A stretch of DNA of 17,300 bases from Candidatus Aenigmatarchaeota archaeon (GTDB lineage: Archaea; EX4484-52): positions 1 through 17,300 of the forward strand of contig JAGLPV010000004.1 of assembly GCA_023137195.1 (NCBI GenBank). Direction: 5' to 3'. A program made the position numbers and the translations under genes. Positions 7,841 through 15,168 of this stretch are shown piece after piece (the stretch's first letter is position 1; each line of letters starts with the position of its first letter). The notes beneath the pieces are model-generated. The model was not told where the DNA came from. It worked only from the letters and a program-made list of their open reading frames with translations, and made no database searches.

Positions 7841-8293
7841 CTATTCAATCAATATCCCGACCTTGTCCTGCTTATATTTCCAGTCAGCAGGCAATACTTT
7901 TTTCCTCTTATAGTATTTTACCAGTCTCCTTATCTTAGATTCTGTTATTGCAAGACCTCTTTTTGCATATTTATCGTGCTTGTTTGCAATAATATGCTTT
8001 TTAATCAAAACAACTTTTTTAAGCAAAGTATACATATCTTCAGGCAAATCGCCCTCAAGTTTATTTTCTTTCAAAATCTTGCTTATTTTTTTGCCGCAAA
8101 TATCCCTTACGCATGGAATTCCATGAACATCACGGAGAACAAGACCTATTTTAGCACTAGCATTTCCTTCTTTTTTTAATTTAATGATTATTCGCTCAAC
8201 AGAACTTTTCTTTTCATCAACCCATTCTGCCTTTTTTATATTTGTCCGTTTGCTGCCTGCAACTCCTCTTTTCCTTGAATACATCCGTGCCAT
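7841..8293 (-). CDS. rps15: 30S ribosomal protein uS15 (archaeal S15P/S13e type)
   Basis: MARMYSRKRG.AGSKR, KIGLVLRD.HGIP, LPEDMY.L.KK, DK.AKRGL..TESKIRRLVKYYKR..VLPADWKY. Confidence 0.97.
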   Translation of the reverse strand: MARMYSRKRGVAGSKRTNIKKAEWVDEKKSSVERIIIKLKKEGNASAKIGLVLRDVHGIPCVRDICGKKISKILKENKLEGDLPEDMYTLLKKVVLIKKHIIANKHDKYAKRGLAITESKIRRLVKYYKRKKVLPADWKYKQDKVGILIE

Positions 8294-8333
8294 ATCTTGT
8301 TTATCGTGTCTTAGGTATTATAATAGGATTAGT

Positions 8334-8373
8334 TTTATAAATATATTCTAAAATCAAACGACCAATTTATATA
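8334..8373. promoter_or_regulatory. Divergent promoter region for rps15 and corA
   Basis: Palindromic TTTATAAA at 8334-8341 could serve rps15 on the minus strand. TTTATATA at 8366-8373 lies about 20 nt before ATG 8394. Confidence 0.45.
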
Positions 8374-8393
8374 TGTTTACTTACAATAATATT

Positions 8394-9368
8394 ATGTTTG
8401 ACATATTTCTAATCCAGTTAGAAAATAACAAAAAAAATACTGTCGAGAAAAAAACATTTGAACAAATAATCCTGTCAAACAAAAAATCACAATACAACAA
8501 AACATTCTACTGGATCAACTGCGTCAATTCAACAGAGGAAGAATTAACTCAACTCTCACGCCTCACCGGGATAAAAACAGAACATTTCCAGGATGTCCTG
8601 CTTGACACAGAAAGATCCACAATAACCAAGGGAAAATGGCTTTTTATCAGCTATCGCGCAATAAACAAGGATTTAACGAACACCACCCCCCTAGGCATTT
8701 TTTCATACAAAAACTTATTAATAACCATTGAAAAAGAGCCGATAAAACCAATAAACAAATACAAGTATCTCCTGGCTGAAAGAAAAAGGACAGCCGCCTT
8801 TGCAGAAGGCAAAATCTCTTTTATATACCATCTATTTGACAATATTAATGACGGATTCAGGGAAAAAATAATCAGCGAACTAAATAAAACCAAATCAATG
8901 GAAGAAAACAGTGCTACGTTGTCCTCTACAAAAAAAATAGAAAACATATATACCTCTATTGTAAATCACATTTACCTCCAGAATGCCCTTTCTTCAAATT
9001 TAGAGGTTCTAACATCCATTGTAAAAGGCAAACTGCTTGAATTCCACACATTCAGGGATGAATTTGTAGAAATCTATGAAGATGTAAAAGAACTGCTCTA
9101 CATGGAAAAAATGCAAAAAGACGTAACAAACACCCTCTTCAATCTCCACTCCTCTTTTGCAACATATGAACTAAATGAAACAATGAAAAAAATCACAGGA
9201 TGGGGCTTCATCATCATGCTTCCGACACTTATTGCAAGTATTTACGGCATGAATTTCCGGACCATCCCATTCTCCCAGGGTCCCTATGACTTTACTATTA
9301 TGTGCGCAGGAATGTTCCTCCTGATGGCGGCAATATTCCTGTACTTAAGAAAAATCAAATGGTTATAA
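8394..9368 (+). CDS. corA: CorA-family Mg2+/divalent cation transporter
   Basis: C-terminal LNETMKKIT...LPTLIASIYGMNF (GMN signature), a second TM helix and a basic KWL tail. The ORF can start at 8373, but ATG 8394 fits the TATA spacing better. Confidence 0.9.
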   Translation: MFDIFLIQLENNKKNTVEKKTFEQIILSNKKSQYNKTFYWINCVNSTEEELTQLSRLTGIKTEHFQDVLLDTERSTITKGKWLFISYRAINKDLTNTTPLGIFSYKNLLITIEKEPIKPINKYKYLLAERKRTAAFAEGKISFIYHLFDNINDGFREKIISELNKTKSMEENSATLSSTKKIENIYTSIVNHIYLQNALSSNLEVLTSIVKGKLLEFHTFRDEFVEIYEDVKELLYMEKMQKDVTNTLFNLHSSFATYELNETMKKITGWGFIIMLPTLIASIYGMNFRTIPFSQGPYDFTIMCAGMFLLMAAIFLYLRKIKWL

Positions 9369-9369
9369 A

Positions 9370-10155
9370 ATGAGGAAAGCAAAAAGCAAACTTCTCGCCC
9401 TACTAATATCACTCCTTCTTATCAGTTCCGGCTTTTTCATCTATTCTACCTATCTTTGTGACCCGACAATTGATACCCCTCCAATAAATCTACTATTTGC
9501 AAAAGACAACATCACAATAGTTAAAGATATTATCCAAAGATACAACCGGGATCACACCTACAGTAAAAAAGACCTTTTTGTATGTAGTGACATGGCAACA
9601 GATGTATGGAACATGATAAAATCAAAAGGCTTTGATGCAAAAATAAAAATAGGAAACATAGACAATGAAACAACAAACAAAAAATTAAATTTCACCCAAT
9701 ACAACCATGCCTGGGTAATGGCAGAAATAGACAATGAATGGTATGCCCTTGAAACAACAGCCGGATTTATTGCCGAAGAAAACAAACACCCCCTCTACTA
9801 CAGGAAAACAATTGAATTCAACAATGCCCTGGAGTTTAAGGACTACCTCGACTCCATAAAACAATACAACACCCTAATAATCGTCAACAACAACGTCTCA
9901 TACCTATGTAACGCACTCTACACAAACTACACAATCCAATACGACCAGCACAATGCACTAATAGATACCTGGAATAAAAAATACTCCGGAACCCCTTCGT
10001 CAACAGAATCTGATTTATTCAGCAAAAGAATAGAAGACAAAAAAACAACATTAGATGAAAAGGAAAATACATACAATGGCTGTATTGTAGCAGTAAAAGA
10101 AATTCAAAAACTAACAACTACAACCTATAAAAAAATTGAAAGTAAAAATAAATAA
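9370..10155 (+). CDS. Membrane-anchored/secreted transglutaminase-like (papain-fold) protein with a C-terminal helical region
   Basis: Basic N-terminus plus hydrophobic helix (LLALLISLLLISSGFFIY). FVCSDMA (C72), NHAWV (H113) and WYALETT (E128) match the C..HAW..W..D/E pattern of transglutaminase-like domains. Confidence 0.7.
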   Translation: MRKAKSKLLALLISLLLISSGFFIYSTYLCDPTIDTPPINLLFAKDNITIVKDIIQRYNRDHTYSKKDLFVCSDMATDVWNMIKSKGFDAKIKIGNIDNETTNKKLNFTQYNHAWVMAEIDNEWYALETTAGFIAEENKHPLYYRKTIEFNNALEFKDYLDSIKQYNTLIIVNNNVSYLCNALYTNYTIQYDQHNALIDTWNKKYSGTPSSTESDLFSKRIEDKKTTLDEKENTYNGCIVAVKEIQKLTTTTYKKIESKNK

Positions 10156-10160
10156 AATTC

Positions 10161-10433
10161 TTAAGATATCACTTTCTTCAAGCTCTCTACTACTCCTTCA
10201 ACAACATCTTTGTCTACGGGAAGAGATAATGTTTTTCCTTTTCTGAATCTCTTTTGACCTTCCATTGTGTATCCTCTTGAAAGAGAGATGAACTCATTCT
10301 CACCATCGCTTGTTATTGCTTTTTTTCTTGCTATTTCTATGAAGTCTCCTTTGTCCCCGAAAGTAACTTCCTGGGCTTTTATTACTTCAAATCTTACTTC
10401 GTCTCGTCTGTTTTCATTTTGTGCTTGTTCCAT
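10161..10433 (-). CDS. Small hypothetical protein, probable PC4/whirly-like single-stranded nucleic acid-binding fold
   Basis: SD AGGTG upstream. The beta-strand pattern FIEIARKK..NEFISLSRGY..KRFRKGKTLSLP is followed by one C-terminal helix, as in the PC4 fold. The fold call is by eye. Confidence 0.55.
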   Translation of the reverse strand: MEQAQNENRRDEVRFEVIKAQEVTFGDKGDFIEIARKKAITSDGENEFISLSRGYTMEGQKRFRKGKTLSLPVDKDVVEGVVESLKKVIS

Positions 10434-10454
10434 TTTTACACCTTTTATTGTTTT

Positions 10455-10658
10455 TTATTTTATTATAGAATGCATGAACTTATTTTTCTTCGCTTTTTCA
10501 AGAGTCCACGCATCGCCTATAAGCATATCCGGAATATTGTCGCCCAAAACAGGATAAGCCAGACTACTGCTTTTACATAATAAAAACATGTCTTTATTCT
10601 CTAATCCACTAAGACATTTGGGACAACGCAATACATCTAATAGTTTTTTGTTTATCAT
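10455..10658 (-). CDS. trm112: Trm112-family methyltransferase activator
   Basis: LLDVLRCPKC...L..LLCKSS..AYPV..NIPDML..DA is the Trm112 pattern. The fourth Zn-ligand Cys is replaced by Ser. Confidence 0.85.
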   Translation of the reverse strand: MINKKLLDVLRCPKCLSGLENKDMFLLCKSSSLAYPVLGDNIPDMLIGDAWTLEKAKKNKFMHSIIK

Positions 10659-10664
10659 ATAAAA

Positions 10665-11213
10665 TTAAGAATTTATTTCTCTTTTAAGAGTCTCCAGTTC
10701 CTGGCGTAAATCTCCCAGTTCATCAGAGAAAGAAAGATCCTCTGTATCTTCTCCAGCAGAAATATCTTCCATATATTCGTAATCAGTACCTGTCAAAGTA
10801 TGTCCTTCAACAGTCATCCTTTCCTCAATATCATTAATCTTGACAGACAACTTGTTCAATTCATCTTCAAGACGAATGATTGCTTTTGTCCTAATTTTTT
10901 CTGCCCTTGAAAGAAGCGCTATAGTTGCCGCTATTGCCTTGATATCTCTCTTACCGTCAATCAAATCATTTGAAATCGACAGATGACCATCTATTTTTAC
11001 AAAAGTATGAGTATCCTTTTTTCCCCCTCCTGTCATTTTCCTGGTCTCTTCAATGCCTGCCTCAGGCATCCTCTCTCTTTTTACAGGAGTCAGCGGAGGG
11101 TATTTGTGCTCCCTTACTGTCGGATAATTATTCTTTACTTCATTTTCTTTTTCCTTATCATCACTTGCGACAAGATTTTTCAGCATATTTATATCTTCTT
11201 CATCCATTGACAT
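10665..11213 (-). CDS. Hypothetical protein with a central coiled coil and acidic low-complexity flanks
   Basis: 182-aa ORF filling the gap, 6 nt upstream of trm112. Heptad-like segments RLEDELNKLSVKINDIEERM and ELGDLRQELETLKREIN. Confidence 0.7.
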   Translation of the reverse strand: MSMDEEDINMLKNLVASDDKEKENEVKNNYPTVREHKYPPLTPVKRERMPEAGIEETRKMTGGGKKDTHTFVKIDGHLSISNDLIDGKRDIKAIAATIALLSRAEKIRTKAIIRLEDELNKLSVKINDIEERMTVEGHTLTGTDYEYMEDISAGEDTEDLSFSDELGDLRQELETLKREINS

Positions 11214-11262
11214 AATATTATTTAATAACCAAATTATTTAAATGTTTCTAAATTACATAACT

Positions 11263-11505
11263 ATGGCAAAAAAAATTATTGTATACAGCACAAATGCATG
11301 TCCTTACTGCACTTACGCAAAAGACTATCTAAAGGAAAAAAAACAGGATTTTGAAGCAATTGACGTCTCTGCCGACAAGGAAAAAGCACAGGAAATGATA
11401 GACAAATCCGGTCAGATGGGCGTTCCTGTAATAGACATAGACGGCAATATCATCGTCGGTTTTGACAAGGATAAAATAAATCAATATCTGGAATCTGACG
11501 AATAA
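11263..11505 (+). CDS. Glutaredoxin / NrdH-redoxin (YruB-like)
   Basis: VYSTNACPYC redox motif, SGQMGVPVIDIDG.IIVGFD. ATG 11263 is preferred to 11242 because the latter overlaps the TATA-like box. Confidence 0.92.
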   Translation: MAKKIIVYSTNACPYCTYAKDYLKEKKQDFEAIDVSADKEKAQEMIDKSGQMGVPVIDIDGNIIVGFDKDKINQYLESDE

Positions 11506-11660
11506 AAGCCACCAGACAAAAACAACCCTCCTTACATCCGAAAACTGCATTTATGTTCTCAAATTACTCTCTTTTGGTTGCACAGCTACATTAGGTCAAA
11601 AGAGTCTTTGACTCCAAAAACTGTTTTAAAGATTAATTCTATATATTTAAAGAGTAAATT

Positions 11661-12026
11661 ATGAAAATTGACGCTGTTGTATCAACAGAAGATGCAAAAG
11701 AAATATACGACTATCTAATTGCCGAAGCAGGACATTCTAAAAAAGAACGTAGAATATTGAATAGTGTCGACGAAAAAATCAAATTCATAAAACGAAAATT
11801 TAAATATGAAAACAAGCCTTATGGAGATTCTATAGCAAAAAACTTAATTCCTAAAAAATACATAAAAGCATACAAAATATCAAATTTATACAGGGCAGAA
11901 CTGCCTCATGCACATAGAATGATGTATTCTATAAAAACAAACGAAAAAAAGGAAAGAATACTTATTATCATCTCCATCCTAGATCATAAATCCTATGACG
12001 TTATTTTTGGTTATTATAAAAAATAA
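11661..12026 (+). CDS. RelE/ParE-superfamily-like basic protein (putative ribonuclease toxin)
   Basis: 121 aa and lysine-rich. The pattern PYGD.I...IPK.Y...NLYRAELP..HRMMYSI...IIISILDHKSYD.IFGY resembles the RelE C-terminal sheet (R..Y....i..i..H..Y). Confidence 0.6.
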   Translation: MKIDAVVSTEDAKEIYDYLIAEAGHSKKERRILNSVDEKIKFIKRKFKYENKPYGDSIAKNLIPKKYIKAYKISNLYRAELPHAHRMMYSIKTNEKKERILIIISILDHKSYDVIFGYYKK

Positions 12027-12057
12027 TGTTAAATCATATCTCTCTTTTGAAAATCAT

Positions 12058-12849
12058 TTATAAGTAATATTTTTTAAACAAAACAGCATCTCCCAACGGG
12101 TCTGGTGCCTCGCAAATAAGCGTCAAATCACAATCTTTCTCTTTTAACACCTCTGCCAACAGTTTGTAGTCCGGTTGACTTGATTCTATCGGCAGATGCT
12201 TCTTTTCATTTCCGTCTTTATACAAAATACCACTATAATGACAATGCATTCTATCAAAACCATATTTCCCTGACAATTCAATAATCTCTGCAAAATCCTC
12301 CTTTGTCCTCAAACAACCATCACCTCGTGCATGGATGTGAGCAAAATCAACAACAGGTGTCGTCCCTTTAACCAAAGAACACAATTTTAAAACCTCTTCC
12401 AAATCCCCGAACTGGCTTTGCTTTCCCATGACCTCCACGCCAAAAAGAGTCTTTGACTTTGTCCTGAACAAAATTTCTTCTATTTCTCTTTTAACATTCT
12501 CAAAAGTCTCTTGCTTTGATTTTTGCGAATAATAAGCCACATGCACCACACATACGGTAGCACCCATACAATCGCAGATTTCAAGACACTTCAGAAGAAT
12601 TGCCTTGCTTTTCTCAATTACAGCAGGATTTTGCGAATTAAGATTAATAAAATAAGGCGCATGCACAGAAACAGAAATATCATATTTTTTTGCCTCTACA
12701 GAAAATTCCATTGCTTGTTTGCCATCCATATAAATTGAACGCACAAACTCTATCTCTATCGCACCAAGACCCTGCTCTGCTAAGAATTTCGGCGCATCGT
12801 TGGTAGATTTGCACCCATAAGGGATTCCTGCGGTTCCTATTTTTAACAT
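12058..12849 (-). CDS. nfo: Endonuclease IV (AP endonuclease family 2, TIM barrel)
   Basis: Metal-ligand motifs SVHAPYFINLNS, VVH, GVEVMGK.SQFG.LEE, VDFAHIHAR, HCHYSGI, EKKHLP, ICEAP, typical of archaeal Nfo. Confidence 0.9.
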   Translation of the reverse strand: MLKIGTAGIPYGCKSTNDAPKFLAEQGLGAIEIEFVRSIYMDGKQAMEFSVEAKKYDISVSVHAPYFINLNSQNPAVIEKSKAILLKCLEICDCMGATVCVVHVAYYSQKSKQETFENVKREIEEILFRTKSKTLFGVEVMGKQSQFGDLEEVLKLCSLVKGTTPVVDFAHIHARGDGCLRTKEDFAEIIELSGKYGFDRMHCHYSGILYKDGNEKKHLPIESSQPDYKLLAEVLKEKDCDLTLICEAPDPLGDAVLFKKYYL

Positions 12850-12879
12850 ACACTAAAAAGAAAAGAAAATATTTAATGA

Positions 12880-12911
12880 TTAAAAGAAAAAATTAAGAAA
12901 AAGAAAAAGAA
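12880..12911 (-). terminator. T-tract terminator candidate after dnaK
   Basis: The minus strand reads TTCTTTTTCTTTTTCTTAATTTTTTCTTTT immediately after the dnaK stop, consistent with archaeal oligo-U termination. Confidence 0.55.
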
Positions 12912-14840
12912 TCACTTCTTCTCCTTCTTCTCATCTTCCTTAACTTCCCCGTCAACAACTTTCTCTTCTCCTCCTTTCTTGTCTCCGGACTGCTCAGACG
13001 TCTTTGCCTGTTGTTCTGCTTGTGCCTTCTGCTGTGCCTGCTGGTACATCTTCATTGTCACTTCCTGAACAGCAGTGGAAAGCTCTTCTTTCTTTGCCTT
13101 TATATCATCTGCATTATTGTCTGCTATAGCTTTCTTCAGTGCCTCTTTCTTCTCTTCAATCTCTTTTTTCTTGTCATCTGTCATGATGTCTTTCGGCGCT
13201 TCCTTGATTGTCTTTTCAACAGTATTCACAAGCATCTCTGCCTCGTTTTTTTCCATTATCTCATCGGATTTCTTTTTATCCTCTTCCTCGTGAACTTTTG
13301 CATCATCAACCATCTTTTTAATCTCATCATCTGAAAGACCGCTTGTCTTCTTGATAGTAATACTCTGCTCTTTCCCGGTACCTAAATCTTTCGCACTAAC
13401 CTGTAAAATACCGTTCGAGTCAATGTCAAACTTTACCTCAATCTGTGGTATTCCTCTTTGTGATGGAGGTATCCCGTCAAGAATAAATCTTCCAAGACTT
13501 GTATTGTCTGCTGCCATTTTCCTCTCTCCCTGGAGTACATTAATCTCCACACTCGGCTGGTTGTCCGCAGCAGTAGAAAATATCTGTGTCTTCTTTGAAG
13601 GAATCGTAGTATTTCTCTCAATCAATGGAGTCGCGATACTCCCCAAGGTCTCAATACTCAATGTAAGAGGAGTGACGTCCAGAAGAAGAACATCCTTTAC
13701 ATCTCCGCCAAGTATACCTCCCTGGATTGCCGCACCAAGTGCCACAGCCTCATCAGGATTGATGTTTTTTGACGGTTCTTTTTCAAATATATCTTTTGCA
13801 ACTTTCACAACAGCAGGAACTCTTGTCGAACCTCCCACCAGAAGAACCTTGTCAATATCTGAAGGCTTTAATTTTGCATCATCAAGAGCTTTATGGCATG
13901 GCTTTCTTGCCCTATCAAGTAAATCATCAATCAATTCCTCGAATTTTGCTCTTGTCAAAGTCATATCAATATGCTTTGGACCACTGGCATCTGCTGTAAT
14001 AAACGGAAGGTTTATTGATGTCTGGACAGTTGTGGAAAGCTCTATCTTTGCCTTTTCAGCCGCGTCCTTCACTCTCTGTATAACAGAAGCATCTTTTGAA
14101 ATATCCATACCATTCTGCTTCTTAAATTCATCAAAAATATAATCCATTATTTTCTGGTCAAAATCATCTCCACCAAGATGATTATCTCCGGCAGTAGATT
14201 TTACTTCAAAAACCCCTTCACCCAATTCTAATACCGTAACATCAAATGTTCCTCCACCAAAATCAAACACAAGAACAGTTTTGTTGTCTGTCTTATCAAT
14301 CCCGTACGCAAGAGCAGATGCCGTAGGCTCATTAATTATCCTCTTCACCTCAAGACCTGCAATCTTTCCTGCATCCTTAGTAGCATTTCTCTGTGCATCA
14401 TCAAAATATGCCGGCACAGTAATTACCGCCTCGGTAACCTTAGTTCCAAGATAACTCTCTGCATCTTCCTTCATCTTCTGCAAAATCATTGCGGATATCT
14501 CCTGTGGACTGTATTCTTTTCCTCCTGCTTCAAACGCACAATCCCCGTTCTTCGCAGCCTTAACTTTAAACGGCACACTTTTTATCTCCTTCTGTACAAG
14601 AGAATCATTAAATTTCCTCCCAATATACCTCTTGGTAGAATAAATAGTATTCTCCGGGTTTGTAATTGCCTGCCTTTTTGCCAATACCCCAACAAGACGC
14701 TCTCCTGTCTTTGTAAATCCAACCATAGAAGGTGTTGTTCTTGTACCTTCTTTATTTGGAATAATAACTGCTTTTCCTCCCTCGATAACCGAAACAGCAC
14801 TAAATGTTGTTCCTAAATCAATTCCTATTATTTTTCCCAT
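12912..14840 (-). CDS. dnaK: Molecular chaperone DnaK (Hsp70)
   Basis: [62 protein letters not shown] 14840 is preceded by SD AGGTGA; the track's GTG start at 14849 lies inside that SD. Confidence 0.98.
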   Translation of the reverse strand: MGKIIGIDLGTTFSAVSVIEGGKAVIIPNKEGTRTTPSMVGFTKTGERLVGVLAKRQAITNPENTIYSTKRYIGRKFNDSLVQKEIKSVPFKVKAAKNGDCAFEAGGKEYSPQEISAMILQKMKEDAESYLGTKVTEAVITVPAYFDDAQRNATKDAGKIAGLEVKRIINEPTASALAYGIDKTDNKTVLVFDFGGGTFDVTVLELGEGVFEVKSTAGDNHLGGDDFDQKIMDYIFDEFKKQNGMDISKDASVIQRVKDAAEKAKIELSTTVQTSINLPFITADASGPKHIDMTLTRAKFEELIDDLLDRARKPCHKALDDAKLKPSDIDKVLLVGGSTRVPAVVKVAKDIFEKEPSKNINPDEAVALGAAIQGGILGGDVKDVLLLDVTPLTLSIETLGSIATPLIERNTTIPSKKTQIFSTAADNQPSVEINVLQGERKMAADNTSLGRFILDGIPPSQRGIPQIEVKFDIDSNGILQVSAKDLGTGKEQSITIKKTSGLSDDEIKKMVDDAKVHEEEDKKKSDEIMEKNEAEMLVNTVEKTIKEAPKDIMTDDKKKEIEEKKEALKKAIADNNADDIKAKKEELSTAVQEVTMKMYQQAQQKAQAEQQAKTSEQSGDKKGGEEKVVDGEVKEDEKKEKK

Positions 14841-14863
14841 ATTAATCACCTATTTAATCACTC

Positions 14864-14917
14864 ATTCACATACTATATGTGAATAGATATCTAATTTATA
14901 CACATTAATTATATAAA
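14864..14917 (-). promoter_or_regulatory. dnaK promoter: TATA box plus a 21-bp palindrome
   Basis: Minus-strand TTTATATA at 14917-14910. Perfect inverted repeat ATTCACATA-CTA-TATGTGAAT at 14864-14884. Confidence 0.6.
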
Positions 14918-14966
14918 TGTATTGATTCAACTAAAAAAATTCCATTCATTGAAAGCTTTTCTTACA

Positions 14967-15128
14967 CCCACAAATAATCTCGTGAAAATCTGTGTAATCT
15001 GTGGCTCAAATCCACAAGATTCTTGCGATTAACACAAGATTAAGAAACAAAAAAAATCTCGTGAAAATCTGTGTTAATCTCGTGGATTAAACCAGTTCCT
15101 GTGAGTTCCGTGAGTTCTGTGGATTAAA
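14967..15128. repeat. Composite intergenic repeat: triplets of 9-11 nt GTG-ending units in direct and inverted orientation
   Basis: Exact 20-bp direct repeat AATCTCGTGAAAATCTGTGT at 14976-14995 and 15055-15074. Inverted block AATCCACAAGATT..GATTAACACAAGATT at 15009-15041. Variant triplet AGTTCCTGTG-AGTTCCGTG-AGTTCTGTG-GATTAAA at 15094-15128. Confidence 0.85.
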
Positions 15129-15134
15129 ATAGAA

Positions 15135-15148
15135 GAAAACTATATAAC
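15135..15148 (+). promoter_or_regulatory. BRE/TATA candidate for the DUF58 gene
   Basis: GAAAAC-TATATAAC ends 20 nt before ATG 15169. Confidence 0.5.
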
Positions 15149-15168
15149 TTATTTATCCCTATAATTTA

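Noticed and set aside
8112-8158. 14-bp palindrome CATGGAATTCCATG (8112-8125) and CIRCE-like half site TTAGCACT (8151-8158)
   Set aside because: Both lie inside the rps15 coding sequence at conserved residues, and there is no second CIRCE arm. Probably chance.
11329-11550. 73-aa minus-strand ORF as a possible antitoxin for the RelE-like gene
   Set aside because: It mostly overlaps the glutaredoxin antisense, is hydrophobic and aromatic, and has no antitoxin-like features.
8394-12849. Apparent C-over-G excess on the + strand in genes of both orientations
   Set aside because: An impression only, not counted. Most simply explained by ordinary replication-associated skew; needs a computed skew profile.
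13011-14800. Alternative ORFs overlapping dnaK, including the 263-aa + strand ORF at 13351-14142
   Set aside because: Long antisense ORFs are a familiar by-product of hsp70 codon structure, and there is no independent evidence for these.
14967-15128. CRISPR array interpretation of the intergenic repeats
   Set aside because: Only two exact 20-mers, and the intervening sequence is itself an inverted copy rather than a unique spacer. No cas genes are in the window.
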